The notes below the pieces were generated by a model. The model saw nothing but the letters and a program-made list of their open reading frames with translations, did not search any database and was not told the DNA's origin. From assembly GCA_965248445.1 (NCBI GenBank), contig CBDFJG010000003.1:512001-576000 (forward strand): a DNA stretch of 64,000 nt, read 5' to 3'. The translations under genes and the position numbers were made by a program. Source of the DNA: Planctomycetota bacterium. GTDB taxonomy: Bacteria > Planctomycetota > JAJSAM01 > JAJVHW01. This document shows, piece after piece, positions 9,887-19,668 of the stretch (positions are counted from its first letter, which is position 1; each line of letters starts with the position of its first letter).

Positions 9887-10768
9887 GTGAGCACCGTCGC
9901 CGCCGCGGACGATCGCCGTGTCCATTGGACCGTGGTCCTGCTCGTGATCGTGGCGTTCTGCGCGATGTTCCACCCGATCCTGATCTCCCGCGCGCGATTG
10001 CTCATGGATGAGCCCCGCTTCTCGCACGGGTTGCTGGTGCCGGTCGTGGCGGCACTCTGGGTGTTGGATCGCCAGTCGAGTCTCTCCCGGGTTCCGCGAT
10101 CCGCCTCCCGAGCAGGGCTCATGGCGGTGGCTGCGGCTGTGTTGCTGAACCTCTATGGACGTACGCTTGACGCGAAGATCGGCTCGCTCGGTGGCTACGT
10201 CCAGCACGGCGCTGTGATCCTCGCCGTGGCGGGCATCGTGTGGGCGGCCCTCGGGCGTCGGTTCGTCCGCGCCGTGCTGTTCCCGATCGCGTACCTGGTG
10301 TTCACGGTCCCCGTTCCGAAGCGGATCGACCTGGCGATCACCCTCCCCTTGCAGCGGCTGTCGGCGGAGGTGGCCACCGCGTGCTTCGATCTGATGGGGT
10401 GGGCCGTTGCGCAGGAAGGCAACGTCGTGCAACTTCCGGGCGTAACGCTACTCGTCGAAGAGCAGTGCTCCGGCGTTCACAGCCTTTACGCGCTCATCGC
10501 CCTGGGTGTCGCCTGGGTCGCGTTCGTGCCACGGCCGCGCTGGCTCGCCGCAACGCTCGTCGCGGCGACGATCCCCATTGCCGTGTTCGCGAATGTCGTG
10601 CGCGTGATCGGCACGGGTGTTCTCGCGTACAAGCTGGACCCGAGCTACGCGCAGGGCGTGACACACGAGGTCGCGGGCATGGTCGTATTCGCGATCGGTC
10701 TCGCAGCGTTCCTGCTCATCGACTGGGCTCTTCGACCGGATGTGTCGAGCGAGGAGGCACCCGAGTGA
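9887..10768 (+). CDS. Exosortase (EpsH family)
   Basis: Polytopic membrane protein; FSHGLLVP, catalytic-type triad Cys (EQCSG), Arg (NVVRV), His (THEVAG). Confidence 0.92.
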   Translation: MSTVAAADDRRVHWTVVLLVIVAFCAMFHPILISRARLLMDEPRFSHGLLVPVVAALWVLDRQSSLSRVPRSASRAGLMAVAAAVLLNLYGRTLDAKIGSLGGYVQHGAVILAVAGIVWAALGRRFVRAVLFPIAYLVFTVPVPKRIDLAITLPLQRLSAEVATACFDLMGWAVAQEGNVVQLPGVTLLVEEQCSGVHSLYALIALGVAWVAFVPRPRWLAATLVAATIPIAVFANVVRVIGTGVLAYKLDPSYAQGVTHEVAGMVVFAIGLAAFLLIDWALRPDVSSEEAPE

Positions 10769-11946
10769 CGGGGCAACGCGTGTCGGTTGCCGTTCTGTCG
10801 GAACTGCCAACTCCATATCGCTGGCCGCTGTTCCAGCGCGTTGGAACGCAGACCGATCTCGATGTCACGATTCTCTTCTACGCACGCACGGAGACCGACC
10901 GCGACTGGGGCCTCGAGATCGACGAGTCGGACGGCGCGCGCCCGCGCGTCGAGTTCCTGCCCGGGCGCGCTTATCACGTGCGTCGTCGTCGCTCGCTGTT
11001 CTTCCACTGGAACCCCGGCATCAGGAAGCGCATCGCGACCGGCGGGTTCGACGTGGTCGTGCTGCCGGGCTGGTCGATGCCGAGCACGCTGGCGGCGTTG
11101 CTCGAGTGCCGTCGCAAGGCGATCCCGTACGTCCTGTTCAGCGAGACGAACGCGCTGAGCAAACGTCCTGTCTGGTGGCGCGCTACCAAGCGCCTGGCGC
11201 TGCGACCGATCGTGAGCGGCGCCGCCGCCTGGCTCTCGACCGGGACGCCGTCCGCGCAGTATCTCAAGAACCACGGCGCCGATCCCGCCCGCACGTTCCG
11301 GTTCGCGAACACACCGGACGTGGACGCCCTGACGGCGGCTGTGTCCGCCGCGCGGTCGCAGCGTGCCGCGACGCGGGCCGCTCTGGGTGTGCCCGAGCGC
11401 GCCCCGATGGCGCTCTTCGTGGGACGCCTGATCGGGGCCAAGGACCCCGCGAGCCTGGTCCAGGCGCAGGCACGGCTCGAGTCCGACGGTGACGCGACCT
11501 GGACGGTCCTCGTAGGTGACGGAGCCGAGCGCGCCGATCTCGAACGGAGTGTCCGTGAGCTGGGAGTCGAGCACATCGTGTTCGCGGGGTCACGGCGGCC
11601 CGACGACCTCCCCGCGATCTGGGCCGCGGCGGACCTGTTCGTCCTGCCTTCGGTTCACGAGCCGTGGGGCGTGGTGGTGAACGAGGCCATGGCGGCCGCG
11701 CTGCCTCTTGTGTTGTCCGATCGCGTTGGCGCCGCCCCGGATCTTCTCGAGGACGGCGTCAACGGGCGCTTGTTCGCGGCGGGCGACGCGGGGGCGCTTG
11801 CAGATGCCGTGGCAGACGTCGCGGCGGACGCGTCAAGGCGCCAGGCGATGGGAGATGCGTCCGCACGGCGGGTGCTCGCGTGGCGATACGAATCGAGCGT
11901 CCAGGGATTTCGCGACGCCGTGTTTGCGGCGGCGGGGCGGTCGTGA
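10765..11946 (+). CDS. GT4 glycosyltransferase
   Basis: PTPYR, VGRLIGAK, EPWGVVVNEAM; GTG 10765 overlaps the exosortase stop. Confidence 0.9.
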   Translation: MTGQRVSVAVLSELPTPYRWPLFQRVGTQTDLDVTILFYARTETDRDWGLEIDESDGARPRVEFLPGRAYHVRRRRSLFFHWNPGIRKRIATGGFDVVVLPGWSMPSTLAALLECRRKAIPYVLFSETNALSKRPVWWRATKRLALRPIVSGAAAWLSTGTPSAQYLKNHGADPARTFRFANTPDVDALTAAVSAARSQRAATRAALGVPERAPMALFVGRLIGAKDPASLVQAQARLESDGDATWTVLVGDGAERADLERSVRELGVEHIVFAGSRRPDDLPAIWAAADLFVLPSVHEPWGVVVNEAMAAALPLVLSDRVGAAPDLLEDGVNGRLFAAGDAGALADAVADVAADASRRQAMGDASARRVLAWRYESSVQGFRDAVFAAAGRS

Positions 11947-12623
11947 ACCAGCGCCGCGCCCTCCTCTGTGCCGCGCTCATGATGGCCCTCGCGACGCCCG
12001 TCTCGATCCTGATCGGCGGGTCGGGGGACCGTGCGCTGGGCACGACACCGCTGGCGCAGCCGCTGCGCGTCGCGATCCCGACGCAACTCGCCGACTGGAC
12101 GATGACGCTGGAGGACGACCTCGCCGAGCGACAGGTCGAGCTGACGCGCGTGGACGACTACGTCTCGCGACGCTACGTCGACTCGGACGGTGGCCACGTC
12201 ACGCTCTATGTCGCGTACCACGGCAACAAGGAGCGTGGCATCGGCACGCTCTATCACAACGCGAGCGTCTGCTACCCGGCAGCCGGCTGGAAGCTCACCG
12301 AGGAGCGCTTCGCGACGCTGGTGCTCAGAGAGTCCGCCCGTTCCGTACCCACGTGCCGCTACCTGTTCAGCCGCGGGCAGGCGACGCTCTCCGTGCTGAC
12401 GTTCTTCGCCGTGGACGGCGAGCTGCTCGATCAGTCCCCGCGGAACAAGCCGTTCTGGCTGCTGGCGGACCGGCTCACGCCTGAGATCGACCACGACCGC
12501 GGCACGCTGCTCCAGGTGCAGGTCGTGGCCGTGGTCCAGCCGGGAGAGGCCGAGGCCGTCGCCAGGCGCCAGGAGAGGTTCCTCCAGGACTTCGGTGGAG
12601 CGATCTTCCGCTCGGTCCCCTGA
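11943..12623 (+). CDS. epsI: EpsI-family exosortase-associated periplasmic protein
   Basis: N-terminal anchor; IPTQLADW, YVSRRY, LYVAYH, HNASVCYPAAGW. Confidence 0.8.
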   Translation: MNQRRALLCAALMMALATPVSILIGGSGDRALGTTPLAQPLRVAIPTQLADWTMTLEDDLAERQVELTRVDDYVSRRYVDSDGGHVTLYVAYHGNKERGIGTLYHNASVCYPAAGWKLTEERFATLVLRESARSVPTCRYLFSRGQATLSVLTFFAVDGELLDQSPRNKPFWLLADRLTPEIDHDRGTLLQVQVVAVVQPGEAEAVARRQERFLQDFGGAIFRSVP

Positions 12624-12641
12624 GACTGCGGGGCCACACGA

Positions 12642-14798
12642 GTGGAGAGCTACGATCCGGCGGCGGAGGGCCAGGCGTTGAGACAGGTGCTGCAGGCGAC
12701 GAAGGGCGGGCGGACTCGGGTGGCGGACGTGCCCGAGCCGGCTCTTCGTTCCGGAGGAGTCCTGGTCCGCACCGAGTGCTCCGTCATCTCGGCGGGCACC
12801 GAGCGACTCGTGATCGATCTCGCGAGCAAGTCGCTGCTGGGCAAGGCCAAGGCCCGCCCGGATCTGGTCAAGAAGACGCTCGAGAAGCTGCGCCGAGAGG
12901 GGTTCGTCGCGACATATCGCGCGGTCAGCGGGCGGCTCTCCGGCGACGTCCCGCTCGGGTACAGCATGGCCGGCCGCGTGGTCGCCGTGGGCGACCGCGT
13001 CCGTGATCTCGGGGTGGGGGATCGCGTTGCGTGTGCGGGAGCCGGCTATGCGAATCACGCCGAGGTGAACTTCGTCCCCCGCAATCTCGCCGCGCGTGTC
13101 CCGACCGGCGTTGAGCCGCGCCACGCCGCGGCGGCCACGTTGGGTGCGATCGCACTGCACGGAGTGCGGACCGCAGACGTCCGTCTCGGTGAGGTCGTTG
13201 TTGTGGTGGGACTCGGGCTACTCGGGCAGCTGGCCGTGCAGATGCTCGTCGCATCGGGCGCGCGGGTCGTTGCCGTCGATCTGGATACTGCGCGCGCGGA
13301 ACTCGCCAAGACGTTGGGCGCAACAGCGGCCGTGGCCGGCGGCGATGATCCGGAGCCGGTCGTGCGCGGCCTGACCGGCGGGCACGGAGCCGACGCCGCA
13401 CTCGTCTGCGCCGGGTCCGACTCCAGCGAACCGCTGGCGCTGGCGGCCCGCCTCTGCCGTCGCAGGGGCGTGGTCACTCTCGTCGGCGCAACCGGCATGG
13501 AGCTCGACAGGCGGACGTTCTACGAGAAGGAACTCTCGTTCCGCATGAGCACGTCCTACGGACCCGGGCGCTACGACCCGCAATACGAGGAGCGGGGGAT
13601 CGACTACCCCTATCCGTACGTGCGATGGACGGAGGGCCGCAACCTGTCGGCCGTGCTGGACCTGATCGCGTCCGGTGCGGTGCAGCTCGACTCGCTGCTG
13701 ACGCACTCGTTCGACATAGGCGACGCGGAGCGCGCGTACGACTTGGTCACGGGCGAGACGTCGGAGCCGTTCCTCGGCATCTTGCTGCGGTACGACACGC
13801 AGCGCGCGCTCGCGCCGGTCCCCGCGGCATCCGCCCCCGCCACGGGGTCGCGCATCGGCCTGATCGGCGCAGGCCAGTTCGCGACGGCGGTGCTGATACC
13901 GGCTCTCGAGGCGGCGCCGGGAGTCTCGATCTCGGCCGTCACCACCGCGTCCGGCGCGACCGCCGATGCGGTCGCACGGGCGCACAGCGTGCCGCGAGTC
14001 GCGTCGTCCGCGGACGACGTGATCGGCGCGCACGACGTCGATGCCATCGTCGTGGTCACGCGCCACGACAGCCACGCCGCTCTCGTGTCCGCGGCGCTCG
14101 CCGCCGGGAAGCCGTGCTTCGTCGAGAAGCCGCTCTCGATCGACGCGGCGGGGCTCGACCGCGTGCTCGCCGCGATGTCTGCACGGCCGGGGCTCGTCTG
14201 CGTCGGGTTCAATCGCCGCTTCGCGCCTGCAGTTCGCGCTCTGCGCACGGAATTGGAGAGCCGTCCGTCGCCTTGTCACGCGCACTACCGCGTGAACGCC
14301 GGCCGATTGCCCGACGGGCACTGGACGTTGGACCCCGTGGTCGGCGGCGGCCGGATCGTGGGGGAGGCCTGCCACATGGTCGACCTGCTCACATTTGTCG
14401 TCGGGGCGCCGGTCGTGCGAGTTCACGCCGAGTCGCTGCCGCCTGACGGTGTGTCCACTCTGCTGCGCTTCGCCGACGGTTCGACCGCGGTGCTCGACTA
14501 CATCACGCGCGGAGCCGAGTCTCTGCCGAAGGAGCAACTGAGCGTGCACTGGGAGGGCGTCACGTACGAGATCGACGACTTCCGCGCGCTGTACCGTCAC
14601 GGCGGCGGGGGATCCGACCGGCTCTGGCGCGGGGCTCAGGACAAGGGACATGCGGAGGAAATCGCTGCGTTCGCGCAGGCCGTCGTCGCTGGCGGCTCGA
14701 GCCCGGTGCCCTTCGAGGAGGCGGTGGCGGCCACGCGCGTCACGTTCGCGATCGAACGCGCCATGCGTTCGGGCTCCGCCGTCGATCCCACCGGGTGA
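12642..14798 (+). CDS. Bi-domain oxidoreductase (MDR dehydrogenase fused to Gfo/Idh/MocA)
   Basis: ISAGTE, GLGLLG, YGPGRYD..YE, RWTEGRN, GAGQFA, EKP, GFNRRF, GEACH; true start may be TTG 12678. Confidence 0.9.
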   Translation: MESYDPAAEGQALRQVLQATKGGRTRVADVPEPALRSGGVLVRTECSVISAGTERLVIDLASKSLLGKAKARPDLVKKTLEKLRREGFVATYRAVSGRLSGDVPLGYSMAGRVVAVGDRVRDLGVGDRVACAGAGYANHAEVNFVPRNLAARVPTGVEPRHAAAATLGAIALHGVRTADVRLGEVVVVVGLGLLGQLAVQMLVASGARVVAVDLDTARAELAKTLGATAAVAGGDDPEPVVRGLTGGHGADAALVCAGSDSSEPLALAARLCRRRGVVTLVGATGMELDRRTFYEKELSFRMSTSYGPGRYDPQYEERGIDYPYPYVRWTEGRNLSAVLDLIASGAVQLDSLLTHSFDIGDAERAYDLVTGETSEPFLGILLRYDTQRALAPVPAASAPATGSRIGLIGAGQFATAVLIPALEAAPGVSISAVTTASGATADAVARAHSVPRVASSADDVIGAHDVDAIVVVTRHDSHAALVSAALAAGKPCFVEKPLSIDAAGLDRVLAAMSARPGLVCVGFNRRFAPAVRALRTELESRPSPCHAHYRVNAGRLPDGHWTLDPVVGGGRIVGEACHMVDLLTFVVGAPVVRVHAESLPPDGVSTLLRFADGSTAVLDYITRGAESLPKEQLSVHWEGVTYEIDDFRALYRHGGGGSDRLWRGAQDKGHAEEIAAFAQAVVAGGSSPVPFEEAVAATRVTFAIERAMRSGSAVDPTG

Positions 14799-16474
14799 GC
14801 GATCGCCTCGGCCGCTTCGTACGCACGGCGTACCGCCTCTCCGCACGGCAGATCTTCTCGCGACTGCGGCATATGCGGCGCCGTGCGCGCTACGCCCGCG
14901 ACGTGCGGGCGCCCCTCGAGGCAGCGCGGAAGGACGCAGAAGGGGCCGTGGCCGTGCTCGGCCCGCGCGTGGACCCCGACGTTCTGCTCCCCGGTGACGA
15001 CGATCGTGACGTACGCGCCGTCGCGTACGCGAACGGCGAGTTCGAGTTCATCGGCCGCACAGCGGAGTTCCCCGAGGGCATTCCGTGGGAGGATCTGCCG
15101 CACACGCCGCTCTGGCGTTATCAGATGCAGTACCTGGGGCCGGTCCTCGACCTCGTGCTGGAGGGGCGCACGGACGCCGCGCGCGCGCTGCTCGATTCGT
15201 GGCGCCTCGCTTTTGGTGAGCAGTGGCATGCGGAGGCGTGGCACCCGTATCCGGCATCGCTGCGTCTCTGCAATCTCTGTCACGCAGCGGCGGCGGCTGG
15301 TTCGTTCGAAGCGCTCGGCGAACGTGTAGATCAGCTCCTCGCGACGCACGTGAGCTACGTGCTCGCGCACCTCGAGACGGACGTGCGCGGCAACCACCTT
15401 CTCGAGAACGCTCGCGCGCTCTTGATCGCGTCGCGGTTCTTCTCCGGGCGGCTTGCCGATGACGCGGCCGCCGCCGCACGCCGCATCCTCGCGGTCGAGG
15501 TCCCGGAGCAGGTGCTCGACGACGGGGCTCACTTCGAGCTCTCCCCGATGTACCACTGCATCGTCCTCCAGCGACTGGTCGAGCTGACGCACGTCGTTGG
15601 CATGGAGCACGGACTGACGCGGGAGTTGCTCATGCCCGCGGTGCGGTCGATGTCGCTCTACCTGGAGGGCATCCTCTGTCCGGATGGCGGCATCCCGCTG
15701 TTCGGTGACTCGGTCCGTGACTTCGCGCCGGACCCCGAGGCACTGCTTGCGGAGTCCACGCTCGTTGTGGGTGTGGACGCCCGCGACCTGCGGTCCGAGC
15801 GCCCCGTACGGCGAGAGAGCGGCCTGCGCGTGTTGCGGACCCTGTCCATTGCGGCGTTCTTCGACGGCGGGCCGGTCTGCCCCGACTACCTCCCGGCACA
15901 CGCGCAGGCGGACGCGCTGACCGTCGAGGTGTGGATCGGCGACGTCTGTGTTGTCGCGGATCCCGGTGTCCACGAGTACACGGGCGACGAGCGCGCATGG
16001 AGCCGTTCTTCCCGCGCGCACAGCACGGTCACGCTCGACGACCGCGACTCGTCGGAGGTGTACGGCAGCTTCCGGGCGGGCGGCCGGGCGAAGATCGAGG
16101 CGGAGTCCAACGGCCTCGGCGCGACCATGGTCCCGTGGAACGACGACGCGCGCATCACGAGATCCGTCGCGGTCGCAGGGGGCGGGAGTCTGCAGATCGA
16201 GGACCGGGTGGAGGCCGAGGCCGGCAGGGACGTGAAGGCGCGCCTCCAGTTGCATGAGGACGTGCGCGTGCTGTCCTGTGAGAACGGGCGCGCCGAGTTG
16301 TCCACGCCGGGCGGGCCCGTCGTCGTGAGCTCCACCGGGGCGCTCCGCACCGAGCCCTCCCGCCGTTCGCCGCGCTTCGGCGTCATCGTCCCGACGACGG
16401 CGCTCGTGGCGCCGCTCGACTACGCCGACGGCGTCTACACCGGCACCATGACGCTCGCGATGGGAACCGGATGA
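14795..16474 (+). CDS. Heparinase II/III-family protein
   Basis: WHPYPASLR, LETDVRGNHL, DGAHFELSPMYH, HAQAD, RAHSTV. Confidence 0.88.
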   Translation: MSDRLGRFVRTAYRLSARQIFSRLRHMRRRARYARDVRAPLEAARKDAEGAVAVLGPRVDPDVLLPGDDDRDVRAVAYANGEFEFIGRTAEFPEGIPWEDLPHTPLWRYQMQYLGPVLDLVLEGRTDAARALLDSWRLAFGEQWHAEAWHPYPASLRLCNLCHAAAAAGSFEALGERVDQLLATHVSYVLAHLETDVRGNHLLENARALLIASRFFSGRLADDAAAAARRILAVEVPEQVLDDGAHFELSPMYHCIVLQRLVELTHVVGMEHGLTRELLMPAVRSMSLYLEGILCPDGGIPLFGDSVRDFAPDPEALLAESTLVVGVDARDLRSERPVRRESGLRVLRTLSIAAFFDGGPVCPDYLPAHAQADALTVEVWIGDVCVVADPGVHEYTGDERAWSRSSRAHSTVTLDDRDSSEVYGSFRAGGRAKIEAESNGLGATMVPWNDDARITRSVAVAGGGSLQIEDRVEAEAGRDVKARLQLHEDVRVLSCENGRAELSTPGGPVVVSSTGALRTEPSRRSPRFGVIVPTTALVAPLDYADGVYTGTMTLAMGTG

Positions 16475-17715
16475 GGATCGTCTGGCTCTGCCACTACTTC
16501 GCGCCGGAGATCGGCGCCCCGCAGGCGCGTCTGCTCGAGCTGTCGCGCTGGTTCGCGGTCCGCGGGCACTCCGTGGCGGCCGTGACGTGTTTTCCCAATC
16601 ACCCCACCGGTGCGCTGCGTGCCGAGGACCGTGGCGTGAAGCGGCGGCGGGACGAGATCGACGGGATCGCCGTGCACCGTTGCTGGAGCTACGTCACATC
16701 CAACCGCGGCTTCGTGAAGAAGGTGATCGGGCACCTCTCCTTCATGTGGACCTCCCGTGGCGGACTCTCTCGCTCGGCGTCCGACGCACACCCCGATGTG
16801 GTGATCGTGTCCAGCCCGACGTTCTTCAGTGTCATCTCCGCTTGGTGGTGGTGCCGCTGGAGGAAGGTGCCGTTCGTGTTCGAGGTGCGTGACCTGTGGC
16901 CGGCGGTGTTCGTGGATCTGGGCGTGTTGAAGAGCCGGCCGCTGATCTGGTTCCTCGAGCGGTGGGAGAAGTTCCTGTACCGGCGGGCCGCCCGCGTCGT
17001 GACGGTCACGTCGTCATTCGCGGATCACATCGCCGAACGGGACATCCCGCGGGAGAAGCTGGCCGTCGTGACCAACGGCGTGGACGCGGCTGCCTACGGG
17101 CCGCGGGAGCGCGACGACGCGCTCGCCGCGCAGCAGGGCCTCGACGGCAAGTTCGTCGTGCTCTACCTCGGCGCGCACGGAATCAGCCATGCGCTTGCTT
17201 CGATCCTGGATGCCGCCGAGCTCCTCTCGGACCTTCCGGACGTCTGCTTCGTCTTCGTCGGCGAGGGCGCGGAGAAGGAAGCGCTCATGCGTGCTGCCAC
17301 CGAGCGCCGTATCGGCAATGTCGTGTTCCACGGAGGAGTGCCCAAGAGCGAGGTAGCACGCTGGTACAGCTTGGCGGACGTCGGCCTCGTTCCACTGAAG
17401 GGTGTGCCGCTGTTCCACACGTTCATCCCGTCGAAGATGTTCGAGTTGATGGCGAGCGGGATCCCGATCGTGGCCTCCGTGGCTGGCGAGGCACGTGGCA
17501 TTCTCGAACGAAGCGGGGGCGCCCGCGTGACCGATCCCGAAGACGCCTCCGGCATCGCGGCGGCGGTCCGGGAACTGCACGGCGACGGAGAGCTGCACCG
17601 GCAACTCGCCTCCGCCGGACGAGCGTTCGTGCTCGCTGAGTACACGCGGGAGCGGCTCGCCGATCGGTACGTCGAGATCCTGGAAGAGATGCTCGCGGAG
17701 CGCGCGGGTGCCTGA
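16471..17715 (+). CDS. GT4 glycosyltransferase (WbuB-like)
   Basis: YFAPE, FPNHP, EVRDLWP, PSKMFE. Confidence 0.9.
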   Translation: MRIVWLCHYFAPEIGAPQARLLELSRWFAVRGHSVAAVTCFPNHPTGALRAEDRGVKRRRDEIDGIAVHRCWSYVTSNRGFVKKVIGHLSFMWTSRGGLSRSASDAHPDVVIVSSPTFFSVISAWWWCRWRKVPFVFEVRDLWPAVFVDLGVLKSRPLIWFLERWEKFLYRRAARVVTVTSSFADHIAERDIPREKLAVVTNGVDAAAYGPRERDDALAAQQGLDGKFVVLYLGAHGISHALASILDAAELLSDLPDVCFVFVGEGAEKEALMRAATERRIGNVVFHGGVPKSEVARWYSLADVGLVPLKGVPLFHTFIPSKMFELMASGIPIVASVAGEARGILERSGGARVTDPEDASGIAAAVRELHGDGELHRQLASAGRAFVLAEYTRERLADRYVEILEEMLAERAGA

Positions 17716-18604
17716 CGTGATCGCACTCGCCGGCGGGACGGGCTTCACGGGCCGCCGCGTGGCGGCGGGGCTCGCGGACGCGCGCGGCGCCGCCGCGCTG
17801 CGCTGCCTGGTACGCGCAGAGAGTGACACGTCGGTGTTGCCCGCGGGCGTGCCAACCGTCCGAGGCGATCTCGGGGACGCGGAGTCGCTCAGCGCATGGC
17901 TCGAAGGTGCGGACGCGCTCGTGTACGTGGCGTCGATGGGGTTCGGCCACGTGCCGGCGGTCGTCGCGGCCGCCGAGTCGGCGGGCGTGCGGCGCGCCGT
18001 GTTCGTCTCGACGACGGCGATCCGGACGCGGCTGCCGGCACCGTCCAAGTCGGTGCGCATCGCCGCCGAGGACGCCGTGCGTGACAGCAGCTTCGCGTCG
18101 ACGATCCTGCGCCCGACGATGATCTACGGCGCACCGGGCGACCGCAACATGGAGCGCCTCCTTCGTGCGGTTGCGCGCTGGCCGCTCGTTCCGGTGCCGG
18201 GAACCGGCCGGTATCTCATCCAGCCGGTGCATGTCGATGACCTCTCCGCCGCGATCGTCAGCGCGACGCTGACGATCGCGGCGTCGGGTCGCGAGTACGA
18301 CCTGTCGGGCGACGCGCCGCTCTCGTTCGACGACACACTTCGGACTGCGGGACGGGCGCTCGGCCGCCATGTCCGCTTGATTCACGTCCCGCTGCGCCCG
18401 GTTGCGTTCATCCTGCGCTGCATGGAGAGCGTCGGCCTGCGTCCACGCGTCACTGAGGAACAGGTCCTCCGGCTCGCGGAGGACAAGGCGTTCGCGCACG
18501 TCGACGCAACGCGAGACCTCGCGTTCAACCCGCGTTCGCTGGAGACCGGGTTGGCGGCCGAGGCCCGCTTGCTCGCTCTCGTGCCGTCGGGGGACAGCGC
18601 GTGA
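17708..18604 (+). CDS. NAD-dependent epimerase/dehydratase-like (atypical SDR)
   Basis: GGTGFTG, ILRPTMIYG, QPVHVDD. Confidence 0.8.
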   Translation: MPDVIALAGGTGFTGRRVAAGLADARGAAALRCLVRAESDTSVLPAGVPTVRGDLGDAESLSAWLEGADALVYVASMGFGHVPAVVAAAESAGVRRAVFVSTTAIRTRLPAPSKSVRIAAEDAVRDSSFASTILRPTMIYGAPGDRNMERLLRAVARWPLVPVPGTGRYLIQPVHVDDLSAAIVSATLTIAASGREYDLSGDAPLSFDDTLRTAGRALGRHVRLIHVPLRPVAFILRCMESVGLRPRVTEEQVLRLAEDKAFAHVDATRDLAFNPRSLETGLAAEARLLALVPSGDSA

Positions 18605-19623
18605 CGCGCGTTGAGGGGCTGTGGCTGTTCGCCGCGACGGCGGCACTCTCGTGTCTGCTCACATGGGGGGCGTTGGCGCATGCTCGTCGATTGGATCTGC
18701 TCGCCCATCCCGAGGAGCGCTCGAGCCACACGGTACCGACACCCTCGGGCACGGGCGTCGGGCTCGCGGCAGCGATCGTCGTCGCACTTCTGTTCGTCAT
18801 GTTCCAGTTCAAGGAACCCGAAGCCCTCTGGCTGGTCGGCGGTGTTCTCTGCCTGAGTGCTGCGGGCTTCTGCGACGACGCGCGCGCGCTCCGTCCCGGC
18901 GTCAAGTTCGGCGTCGTGTTAGCCGCTGCCTGGTTCTCGTGCCGCGTCGGACTCGTCCACGGGGTCGAGCTCCCGGGGCTCGCAGAGCTGCCGTTCGCCT
19001 GGCTCGCCCTGCCGCTCACGCTGTTCTGGTTGGTCGGATTCACGAACGCCTTCAACTTCATGGATGGAACCAACGGCATCGCCGGGCTGACTGCTGTGGT
19101 CACGGGTGCTGCGCTGGCCGTTTTCGGGCTGCGAGCGGGCGACACGATCCTGATGTCGTTGGGGCTGGTCACGGCGGGCGCCTCCATCGGCTATCTGCCG
19201 TGGAACTTCCCCAAGGCCCGTCTGTTCATGGGTGACGCCGGCAGTCTCCCACTCGGACTCCTCGTCGCTTCGGGCATCGCTCGCGCCGCCGGCACCGGTG
19301 CCTTGCCGTTCGCCGCGGGGGTTCTCCTCGTGGGGCCGTTCGTGTTCGATACCACGTTCACCCTGATCCGTCGGGCGCTACGCGGCGAGCGGCTCTCCGA
19401 GGCGCACCGGGAGCATCTCTACCAGCGCTTCGCTCGCCTCGCCGGGGGGCACGAACCGTCCGCTCTGCTGTTCGCGATCCTGGCCTCGGGCTGCGCCGTC
19501 CTCGGGCTCGAATACGCCTCCCGAGGCACGCTGGGGCAGGTGCTTTCCCTCCTCGGCCCCCTGGTAGCAATGCTACTCTTCGCCGGCCTCGTGACCGCTC
19601 TCGAGCGGCGCCGCGACGCCTGA
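18601..19623 (+). CDS. MraY/WecA-family polyprenyl-phosphate sugar-1-phosphate transferase
   Basis: RSSH..PTP, GFCDD, NAFNFMDG, LFMGDAGS, AHREHLYQ. Confidence 0.9.
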   Translation: MTRVEGLWLFAATAALSCLLTWGALAHARRLDLLAHPEERSSHTVPTPSGTGVGLAAAIVVALLFVMFQFKEPEALWLVGGVLCLSAAGFCDDARALRPGVKFGVVLAAAWFSCRVGLVHGVELPGLAELPFAWLALPLTLFWLVGFTNAFNFMDGTNGIAGLTAVVTGAALAVFGLRAGDTILMSLGLVTAGASIGYLPWNFPKARLFMGDAGSLPLGLLVASGIARAAGTGALPFAAGVLLVGPFVFDTTFTLIRRALRGERLSEAHREHLYQRFARLAGGHEPSALLFAILASGCAVLGLEYASRGTLGQVLSLLGPLVAMLLFAGLVTALERRRDA

Positions 19624-19668
19624 GGGGAGAGACGTCTACGCGGGTGGGTGGCTCCCGCTCGTCACGCC

